Source: Planctomycetota bacterium (GTDB taxonomy: Bacteria; Planctomycetota; UBA11346). Taken from it: 18,949 bases of DNA. The position numbers were made by a program, and so were the translations under genes. How positions within the stretch are numbered: position 1 is the first letter of the stretch; each line of letters starts with the position of its first letter. Location of the stretch: contig JBBQSO010000097.1 in assembly GCA_038213805.1 (NCBI GenBank), positions 1-18,949 on the forward strand. The letters are read 5' to 3'. The notes beneath the pieces were generated by a model. That model searched no databases. It was not told the origin of the DNA and saw only the letters and a list, made by a program, of their open reading frames with translations. Positions 1 through 6,316 of this stretch are shown here, one piece after another.

Positions 1-75
1 CTCGTGGCTGACCGGCCGCCTGACCCGGCGACCCTGACTCCACTCGCGCTGCGCGGGATCCTCGCACGCACCTGA
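1..75 (+). CDS. Possible 3' end of a gene entering from outside the window, convergent with the cassette array
   Basis: Frame 1 is open (LVADRPPDPATLTPLALRGILART) to TGA at 73-75, with GC-rich host-like codons. Too short to identify. Confidence 0.4.
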   Translation, partial: LVADRPPDPATLTPLALRGILART

Positions 76-121
76 TCCGATCAACACCGCGCAAGCGATG
101 GTGACAGGGGCTGGAGCGGGA

Positions 122-140
122 GTTCACCGGAGGCTTACAC
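122..140 (-). repeat. Degenerate attC remnant (R''-spacer-L'' only) at the distal end of the array
   Basis: Minus strand reads GTGTAAG-CCTCC-GGTGAAC versus consensus GTCTAAC-CAGTC-GGTGAAC. No rest of the repeat is visible in 1-121. Confidence 0.55.
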
Positions 141-242
141 ATCTTCCGCATAAATTCTCTGCCATGTAGGGCGGAGATCCCCACAGGATGCAATCACAAT
201 AATTGCGACAAATAAAAATGCATAAGCTACAAGTGACTTCAT
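135..242 (-). CDS. Cassette 1: 35-aa lipoprotein-like peptide, probably a truncated remnant
   Basis: MKSLVAYAFLFVAIIVIASC carries a lipobox-like IASC. ATG at 242-240. The longer ORF-track version begins inside the attC. Confidence 0.5.
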   Translation of the reverse strand: MKSLVAYAFLFVAIIVIASCGDLRPTWQRIYAEDV

Positions 243-274
243 ATCGCTTGTAACCCGTAATTTACTAGTGCGAG

Positions 275-486
275 GTCTAACATAGAGGTAACGGGGGCCA
301 TGGCCGATATGGCGCCAGTGTGCACAGCGCCCGTCGTGGGCAATTGGAAAGACGCCCGAGCGCAAAGGGCGTGCCGCCTAGCCGCGGCGGAGCGAGTCTA
401 CGAGTGAGCACGGCGTAGCGGCATGCCATTTGCGCGGAGAGTTGGAAACCGAGACACATGGGCTCCCGTTCACCGACTGGTTAGCC
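275..486 (-). repeat. attC site 1 (212 bp)
   Basis: Minus strand GGCTAAC-CAGTC-GGTGAAC ... GTTACC-TCTAT-GTTAGAC: R''/L'' and L'/R' boxes with one extrahelical base in L''. Confidence 0.92.
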
Positions 487-490
487 ACGG

Positions 491-892
491 CTAAAACTGC
501 GAGACCGATGTCCATACACCGATATGTAGAAACCAACAAAGCATTAGAGTGGAAACTACCGACATTCCGCAATATATACCTGTCAGCATTATCGATTTTA
601 TGGGAAATGCGCTTTTTATCAACATAAATGAACCGGGTAAGGAAAGTAGGTAAACGAGCGGTGACAGCAACAAGGTGAAGTTGGAAAATCTGGACCCCAT
701 TGGGTCACGCCATTTACCGCTTCCATGCAGTGTTCCATCGGGACTGATGTATTCGCCATACCAACGGGAGATCATATCGCCGTATGCATAATTCCATATG
801 AGTACGGACAAACCTACAGTAATTACGATTAAAGATAGCAACCTTCCGTATTTCTCGGTAATTCCTATCGACCGGCTTGTAGTGGCTAACAT
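491..892 (-). CDS. Cassette 2: small multi-pass membrane protein of unknown function
   Basis: About three hydrophobic segments. The only ATGs upstream of the first segment lie in the attC (nearest 892-890), so the start is uncertain. Confidence 0.7.
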   Translation of the reverse strand: MLATTSRSIGITEKYGRLLSLIVITVGLSVLIWNYAYGDMISRWYGEYISPDGTLHGSGKWRDPMGSRFSNFTLLLSPLVYLLSLPGSFMLIKSAFPIKSIMLTGIYCGMSVVSTLMLCWFLHIGVWTSVSQF

Positions 893-1096
893 AGAGGTAA
901 CGGGGGCCATGGCCGATATGACGCAAGTGTGCACTGCGCCCGTCGTGGGCAATTGGAAAGGCGCCCGAGCGCAAGTGGCGTGCCGCATAGCCGCGGCGGA
1001 GGGAGCGAAGCGACTGAGCACGGCGTAGCGGCATGCCACTTGCGCGGTCAGTCGGAGCGAGAAGTCCATGGGCTCCCGTTCACCGACTGGTTAGAC
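884..1096 (-). repeat. attC site 2 (213 bp)
   Basis: Same repeat family; GTCTAAC ... GTTAGCC. Confidence 0.92.
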
Positions 1097-1356
1097 GTGC
1101 CGAACATTTCCCCGCCGCACGCCATTTTATGAGATGCGAGAAATCTTGGGTCAAAGGATGCGATAGTCCAAAGCACTAACAATCACGATGTGGGACGCCC
1201 CCAATTCAACGCTTTCATCATTTTCTATTAATTGACCGAAGTCAGATACAATCCCAATTTGTATTAAGACAAAGCGGAGTCAATGATATAATAGTGTATA
1301 TTATCTTTTATCCTTTTATTTTCGCCAATTGTGTGAACACATTCGCTAATTCGACT

Positions 1357-1587
1357 TCATCCGGCATGCAGTGCACCATGCCAGTAAAACAAGTGTAGAT
1401 AGTTTACGATAATAAATTCACCAACTGCTGTTTTCCATGCCATTTCCATTGGATAATAAATCACGTACAATTTTTTATTCCACTGATTTGAATGTAATTC
1501 ATCGTATTTATGCGCAATACCGAATGATATTATATAGAGTAATACCACCGCGATGGCCGTTTTGGCGATGAAATTACTGTGACTCAT
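1357..1587 (-). CDS. Cassette 3: 76-aa protein with an N-terminal hydrophobic segment, followed by ~260 bp without a long ORF
   Basis: MSHSNFIAKTAIAVVLLYIISFG...; ATG at 1587-1585. Confidence 0.6.
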   Translation of the reverse strand: MSHSNFIAKTAIAVVLLYIISFGIAHKYDELHSNQWNKKLYVIYYPMEMAWKTAVGEFIIVNYLHLFYWHGALHAG

Positions 1588-1601
1588 GAAAACAGAGTCC
1601 A

Positions 1602-1812
1602 GTCTAACATAGAGGTAACGGGGGCCATGGCCGATGTGACGCAGCATGCGCAGCCCACGTCGTGGGCAATTGGAAAGAGGGCCGAGCGCAAGTGGCGTGC
1701 CGCATAGCCGCGGCGGAGCGAGTCTGCGAGTGAGCACGGCGTAGCGGCATGCCACTTGAGCGGACAGTTGGAACGAGCGGCCCATGGGCTCCCGTTCACC
1801 GACTGGTTAGAC
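1602..1812 (-). repeat. attC site 3 (211 bp)
   Basis: Same repeat family; GTCTAAC ... GTTAGAC. Confidence 0.92.
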
Positions 1813-2247
1813 GCCATGCGCAAAATTGTCAGTTGCCGCACCAATCTGATCCCAGCCGTATCCCTCTTGATTATCATTTGTTTTTAAAACCGTAAAGATG
1901 TAGCGGATGTTATTGTAATCTTGTTCGCTGAGCAACGGTTTCACCAATGACCATCTTGTGCCGAGAGAAGATAGATATGAATCAATATATTCAGCGTTGC
2001 GATGAAGGAACCAATTGCAAATAACAGGGTACATGTAAAAAAGAAGGTCATGTGCATCCATAAATGCAAAAACATCATGGTAGTATTCTAATTCAACGTG
2101 AGAAACTTCAATCGGATTGCAATGCGATATTGGTAATTTGGAATAACTTTCATCGCCATGATCATCCATCAACCGTCCTTCTCGCAAATTCATACCTGGA
2201 GGTGAATGTTTTTCAGATATCGCGAGAAGCGGTGCGATGATATTCAT
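1807..2247 (-). CDS. Cassette 4: hypothetical cytoplasmic protein (weak resemblance to DUF6714-type proteins)
   Basis: The ORF fills the cassette and its TAA lies inside R''. The motif FAFMDAHDLLFYMYP recalls DUF6714 from memory only. An alternative in-frame start is at 2259. Confidence 0.75.
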   Translation of the reverse strand: MNIIAPLLAISEKHSPPGMNLREGRLMDDHGDESYSKLPISHCNPIEVSHVELEYYHDVFAFMDAHDLLFYMYPVICNWFLHRNAEYIDSYLSSLGTRWSLVKPLLSEQDYNNIRYIFTVLKTNDNQEGYGWDQIGAATDNFAHGV

Positions 2248-2250
2248 GGA

Positions 2251-2462
2251 GTCTAACATAGAGGTAACGGGGGCCATGGCCGATATGACGTAGCATGCAC
2301 AGCGCCCGTCGTGGGCAATTGGAAAGGCGCCCGAGCGCAAGTGGCGTGCCGCTTAGCCGCGGCGGAGCGAGCGCAGCGAGTGAGCACGGCGTAGCGGCAT
2401 GCCACTTGCGCGGACAGTTGGAAACAGAGACACATGGGCTCCCGTTCACCGACTGGTTAGCC
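2251..2462 (-). repeat. attC site 4 (212 bp)
   Basis: Same repeat family; GGCTAAC ... GTTAGAC. Confidence 0.92.
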
Positions 2463-2688
2463 TTCGGTTCACCTTGGAGCGGAGAGCAATAAAGTATCTC
2501 ACAAGTGAAACAAGAGACAGTGTAATAATCAGCAGACCGCCGATTAATCCGAGCCAGGAATTTACCACAATATGCTCGCTGCCAGGCAGCATTTGTGCGT
2601 GGATTGTAATAGACCAAAGCGCTAAAATCATCCCGATTGGGAGAAGCACCAGAAAGGCGCCGGCATAGACAAATCGCGATAAAATCAC
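2446..2688 (-). CDS. Cassette 5: ~80-aa two-helix membrane protein
   Basis: Two hydrophobic segments and a basic tail. Start is GTG 2688 (or 2691/2694). The TGA falls in the L'' box of attC 4. Confidence 0.7.
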   Translation of the reverse strand: MILSRFVYAGAFLVLLPIGMILALWSITIHAQMLPGSEHIVVNSWLGLIGGLLIITLSLVSLVRYFIALRSKVNRRLTSR

Positions 2689-2711
2689 CACCAATATAAT
2701 CCTATTGAGAA

Positions 2712-2924
2712 GGCTAACATAGAGGTAACGGGGGCCATGGCCGATTAGGCGTCATCTTGCACGGCGGCCGTGGTGGGCAATTGGAAATGCGCCCGAGCAC
2801 AAGTGGCGTGCCACCTAGCCGCGGCGGAGCGAGCGAAGCGAGTGAGCACGGCGTAGTGGCATGCCACTTGTGCGGAGAGTTGGAAAGCGAGACGCATGGT
2901 CTCCCGTTCACCGACTGGTTAGGC
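2712..2924 (-). repeat. attC site 5 (213 bp)
   Basis: Same repeat family; GCCTAAC ... GTTAGCC. Confidence 0.92.
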
Positions 2925-2966
2925 ACGCACACGCAATAATCACAATTCGGCCACATTCTAGCCATT

Positions 2967-3344
2967 CTACGGCACACATATGCCGCATACGATTGGCTGG
3001 GCATTCAATGATAAAGCCAATTTTACAATTTTCCCATCATGTGTGGTTAATTCCATTTCATCACTTTTTATATTATAATATTTTATTACACAAGGCTTTG
3101 CCACTAGATCGCATATCTTTTTATATTCAGACCCGTGTCGTTGATATGCAACATGCCATGCTTGAGTTCTATTAATGCTTACTTGCATATATTGAAAACT
3201 GTCATTGGAGAATGATGTACGCCCCCTTCTTGCGGTACCGAACATTAAAAACCCATATGCATCCACATCGGACAGTAAATTTTCCTTGTTAGATTTAATG
3301 TCTGGCAATCTACCAATGTATTTTAAATCAGGTTGTCTTCGCAC
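2967..3344 (-). CDS. Cassette 6: hypothetical protein (125 aa)
   Basis: AT-rich ORF filling the cassette, GTG start; no motif recognised. Confidence 0.65.
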   Translation of the reverse strand: MRRQPDLKYIGRLPDIKSNKENLLSDVDAYGFLMFGTARRGRTSFSNDSFQYMQVSINRTQAWHVAYQRHGSEYKKICDLVAKPCVIKYYNIKSDEMELTTHDGKIVKLALSLNAQPIVCGICVP

Positions 3345-3348
3345 ATAA

Positions 3349-3559
3349 GCCTAACATAGAGGTAACGGGGGCCATGGCCGATGTGGCGTAGCATGCAGAA
3401 GGCCCGTCGTGGGCAATTGGAAAGACGCCCGAGCGCAAGTGGTGTGCCGCCTAGCCGCGGCGGAGCGAGTCTGCGAGTGAGCACGGCGTAGCGGCATGCC
3501 ACTTGCGCGGACAGTCGGAGCGAGAAGCCCATGGGCTCCCGTTCACCGATAGGTTAGAC
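3349..3559 (-). repeat. attC site 6 (211 bp)
   Basis: Same repeat family; GTCTAAC ... GTTAGGC. Confidence 0.92.
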
Positions 3560-3566
3560 ATCGCGT

Positions 3567-4007
3567 TTACGCCACAAATCCCAGTGACTGTGCCGATATC
3601 CATTGCCACACAGCCAAATCCATGGCCATGATTTTATCGGAAATGATTCCCCCATTCACAGAAGGATGCGGCATTAGGGCACACACTTGGCTTGCGCCAA
3701 GAACGATTCCACGTGATTTCCAATCCAACAACCTGAGAGACCATAAGTTCTCGATTTGCCACGATTCGTCATGCACAAGATTTACAAATTCTGCATCAGT
3801 GTCGGCAATACTATCCTGTGTTCCAAATAAAACGCTAATCCTGCAATATTTCTCATCTTCTGTTTGCAAAAACCATTCGCCTAACCTATTCAAAAAAATG
3901 ACCCTGTATCTCATCGAAGGAAGCAATGGATTCCAATACGCCAGATATTTAGCCGCCAGTTGCGGATCCAACCCCTGTATCAGCAAGTCGTCCCACGTCA
4001 GCTTCAC
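3567..4007 (-). CDS. Cassette 7: Tdi1/DUF1851-like toxin immunity protein (146 aa)
   Basis: The C-terminus LGASQVCALMPHPSVNGGIISDKIMAMDLAVWQWISAQ fits the DUF1851 (T6SS Tdi1 C-terminal) pattern as recalled. GTG start at 4007. Confidence 0.7.
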   Translation of the reverse strand: MKLTWDDLLIQGLDPQLAAKYLAYWNPLLPSMRYRVIFLNRLGEWFLQTEDEKYCRISVLFGTQDSIADTDAEFVNLVHDESWQIENLWSLRLLDWKSRGIVLGASQVCALMPHPSVNGGIISDKIMAMDLAVWQWISAQSLGFVA

Positions 4008-4027
4008 GGAATCACCACGAGCAAGAT

Positions 4028-4238
4028 GTCTAACATAGAGGTAACGGGGACCATGGCCGATAAGGCGTAGCATGCATAGCGATCGTGGTGGGCAAATGGA
4101 AAGGCGCCCGAGCGCAAATGGCGTGCCGCCTAGCCGCGGCGGAGCGAGTCTGCGAGTGAGCACGGCGTAGCGGCATGCCATTTGCGCGGCGAGTTGGAAA
4201 CCGAGACGCATGGTCTCCCGTTCACCGACTGGTTAGAA
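4028..4238 (-). repeat. attC site 7 (211 bp)
   Basis: Same repeat family; TTCTAAC ... GTTAGAC. A second GGCTAAC lies at 4251-4257. Confidence 0.9.
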
Positions 4239-4260
4239 CAGCACACCGGTGTTAGCCGAT

Positions 4261-4608
4261 TCAAACCATTACCTGAAAGAAGGACTGCGAAAGCCCAGTA
4301 TTCATGTCGAGAACATCAATGATATCAATTGTTCCTACTGATAATTCCTTGGCAACATTTTCAGCTATGGAGACCTTGTATCCAAATGCATTGCGAACGG
4401 TCACGGGATCCACATCACCTTTCTTATAGTTTCCTATCCAATAATGCTTCGCATGATATTCAAAGATTGAATCTTCGCTGTATTCGACCTTTACACCAAG
4501 TCCAACCACAAAAGCGGGCGTCATATCTTGCTCACAACCAGACTTGATTAGTTCAACAAATCGCTTTTTTGCAGCGGACGTAAACTTTAAGAATTGCGCC
4601 TTTTTCAT
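4261..4608 (-). CDS. Cassette 8: hypothetical protein, possible HesB/IscA-like fold
   Basis: The N-terminus LKFTSAAKKRFVELI resembles the A-type carrier start (ITLTxAAxxxIxxL) and the size is similar, but the C-terminal CxC motif is absent. Confidence 0.65.
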   Translation of the reverse strand: MKKAQFLKFTSAAKKRFVELIKSGCEQDMTPAFVVGLGVKVEYSEDSIFEYHAKHYWIGNYKKGDVDPVTVRNAFGYKVSIAENVAKELSVGTIDIIDVLDMNTGLSQSFFQVMV

Positions 4609-4622
4609 AGGAGAAAGTCTAA

Positions 4623-4802
4623 CATGGTATGGGACCTTGAATTGACGCGATAACGACCGAAGGGCCCCGGATAGCGACCCACTAACCAGCCAAGTGACCG
4701 TGTTAGGGTGTGTTGGAGCAGAACGGCATGCGCGAGATTAGAGCACATCAAAAGTACATCAACTGATACCTTGCGTCGCTGCAAAACTGGTTTGGAGGCT
4801 AA
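4623..4802 (-). repeat. Type B 180-bp repeat, copy 1 (putative promoter + attI-like unit)
   Basis: Bounded by G|TTAG at both ends. About 16 substitutions and no indels relative to the copy at 5510-5689. Confidence 0.85.
4735..4762 (-). promoter_or_regulatory. Putative sigma70-type promoter in type B copy 1
   Basis: TTGATG-16 bp-TAATCT pointing into the cassettes. Both hexamers are identical between the two copies, while the spacer differs at 4 positions. Confidence 0.5.
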
Positions 4803-5008
4803 CATAGAGGTAACGGGGGCCATGGCCGATATGACGTAGCATGCGTGGCCCACGTCGTGGGCAATTGGAAAGTGGGCCGAGCGCAAGTGGCGTGACGCCT
4901 AGCCGCGGCGGAGCGAGGCCCCCGAGTGAGCACGGCGTAGCGGCATGCCACTTGCGCGGACAGTTGGAACGACCAGCCCATGGGCTCCCGTTCACCGAAC
5001 GGTTAGAC
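4797..5008 (-). repeat. attC site 8 (212 bp)
   Basis: Same repeat family; GTCTAAC ... GTTAGCC. Confidence 0.92.
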
Positions 5009-5494
5009 ATCGTACGGATCGCTTATTCCAAATTCGACTATCAATTTTCGTATTTCACTGCATGGATCGCTTGCAACTTGGTGCGCATTAATGTCGCAGA
5101 AGTAATATGAAATTTTCCTTTGGCATAATTTTAAGAGGCGACGCGCCACTAAATTGTCATTGTTTAAGACGGCATAAGAGAGTGCAGTGTCGCCATTAAC
5201 CGTTTTAGCGTCAACATTTGCCCCGCAGTTTAATAGATAATCAACTAAATGGTGGTATTCCAATCGCACCGCATGCATTAATGGTGTTGCAAAGAAATGG
5301 TCTACTGTATTAATATCGGAGCCCATCTTCTGAAGGAACTGAATTGAGTCCATCCTGTTTTCTACAACACACCAATGCAATGCAGTCTCGCCAGGAATAT
5401 TTTTAAGAGATAGCAACGATTTGTTTCCCAAGATGGCATTTCTTGCAGCAATCTTGTCGTTTTCCACTAATCGAATGAATTGGTAAAAATCCAT
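5003..5494 (-). CDS. Cassette 9: ankyrin repeat protein (163 aa)
   Basis: Repeats GETALHW..., ATPLMHAV...LLNCGANVDAK and GDTALSYAV. The TAA lies inside R''. Confidence 0.92.
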   Translation of the reverse strand: MDFYQFIRLVENDKIAARNAILGNKSLLSLKNIPGETALHWCVVENRMDSIQFLQKMGSDINTVDHFFATPLMHAVRLEYHHLVDYLLNCGANVDAKTVNGDTALSYAVLNNDNLVARRLLKLCQRKISYYFCDINAHQVASDPCSEIRKLIVEFGISDPYDV

Positions 5495-5509
5495 ATTCTA
5501 GATGTCTAA

Positions 5510-5689
5510 CATGGTATGGGACCTTGAATTGACGCGATAACGACCGAAAGGCCCCGGATAGCGACCCGCTAACCAGCCCAGCAACCGTGTTAGGGTGTGT
5601 TGGAGCACAAAGGCATGCGCGAGATTAGAGTGCAACGAAAGTACATCAACTGATACCTTGCGTCGCTGCAATGCATGTATGGAGGCTAA
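5510..5689 (-). repeat. Type B 180-bp repeat, copy 2 (putative promoter + attI-like unit)
   Basis: As for copy 1. The junction at 5510 is a supported crossover point: GTTAGACATC is complementary over 10 bp to the R'' of the ankyrin cassette. Confidence 0.85.
5622..5649 (-). promoter_or_regulatory. Putative sigma70-type promoter in type B copy 2
   Basis: TTGATG-16 bp-TAATCT. Confidence 0.5.
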
Positions 5690-5790
5690 CATAGAGGTAA
5701 CGGGGCCATGGCCGATTAGGCGTCAACATGCACCACACCCCTCGCGGGCAATTGGAATGCCGCCCGAGCGCTACTGGTGTGGTGCCTATC
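5684..5790 (-). repeat. Partial attC (L'/R' arm only) at the proximal end of the array
   Basis: About 100 bp match the R'-side half of the repeat, decaying with distance. No GGTGAAC/CTAAC partner is present where expected (~5875-5895). Confidence 0.75.
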
Positions 5791-5895
5791 TTCGCCAACC
5801 AGCATCGCGGACTCTGGGGGCGCCCGAGAGCACAGTTCGCGGGTGTGTTTCAGGGAGTCTGCGAGCACCCGCTGCCAGGCGTCATCCGGTGGCAT
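5716..5895 (-). CDS. Possible 59-aa leader ORF running into the partial attC
   Basis: AAGGAG lies 9 nt before the ATG (MPPDDAWQ...), downstream of a terminator. Its C-terminal part is attC-derived sequence. Confidence 0.4.
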   Translation of the reverse strand: MPPDDAWQRVLADSLKHTRELCSRAPPESAMLVGEDRHHTSSARAAFQLPARGVVHVDA

Positions 5896-6001
5896 GGTGC
5901 TTTGCTCCTTGTGAGCGTTCAGGCACGCCGTCATGGCCGAATGCCAGATTGCTTGAGGGAGAGGACTACCACCTCCTGTTGGCGAGACATGACAGGCGCA
6001 C

Positions 6002-6034
6002 AAAAATAAGACCCCGGGGCAACCCCAGGGTCTC
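6002..6034 (-). terminator. Intrinsic terminator of the YHS-like gene
   Basis: Minus strand AGACCCTGGG-GTTGC-CCCGGGGTCT followed by TATTTTT. Confidence 0.75.
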
Positions 6035-6061
6035 ATGTGAGCGTCCACTAAAACGTGAGGT

Positions 6062-6316
6062 TCAGAGCTTCTTGTTCGCCTCGGCGGCCGCGACGTACTT
6101 CTTCGGGTCGGCCTTGACCTTGGCGGCGCACTTGTTGCAGCACACGCCGATCTCAACTTCCTTGCCGGCGCTGTCCTTGGCCTTGATCGGGGCGACCGCG
6201 GGGTCGACATCTTTGCCGGTGGCCGGGCAGACGGTGTTGACGGCCTTGGGGGCATCCTCGGCCATGGCCGCACTGACGAAGGAGAGTGAGAGGATGAGGG
6301 TGAGGATGTGACGCAT
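6062..6316 (-). CDS. Small exported YHS/TRASH-like metal-binding protein (84 aa)
   Basis: Signal peptide ending AMA-E; motifs NTVCPATG and GVCCNKC...ADPKKY; AAGGA upstream; host-like codon usage. Confidence 0.85.
   Translation of the reverse strand: MRHILTLILSLSFVSAAMAEDAPKAVNTVCPATGKDVDPAVAPIKAKDSAGKEVEIGVCCNKCAAKVKADPKKYVAAAEANKKL

Larger units (their letters stand above)
122..5790 (-). mobile_element. Integron-type gene cassette array (9 ORF-bearing cassettes), no integrase at the proximal end (CALIN-like)
   Basis: Co-oriented AT-rich ORFs are separated by GC-rich repeats with attC architecture. The start of each cassette is complementary to its own R'' over 7-10 bp in cassettes 2-7 and 9 (e.g. 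480-488 vs 882-890, 2456-2465 vs 2709-2718, 3553-3562 vs 4025-4034, 5002-5011 vs 5501-5510) and over 6/7 bp in cassette 8, as expected for crossover at G|TT. Confidence 0.93.

Noticed and set aside
3622..4038. 138-aa plus-strand ORF in cassette 7
   Set aside because: It is antisense to a recognisable Tdi1-like gene.
275..5008. CRISPR array or MITE interpretation of the ~212-bp repeats
   Set aside because: The repeats are far too long for CRISPR, the spacers are whole genes, and there are no cas genes. Cassette-specific R''/R' complementarity and the L boxes fit attC, and there are no target-site duplications.
277..5110. Recurrent ORFs such as 'FQLSAQVACRYAVLTR', 'HIGHGPRYLYV' and 'HGLPFTDWL' as a protein family
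   Set aside because: They are translations of the GC-rich attC. One- to two-base length differences switch frames between copies, so no full-length protein is conserved.
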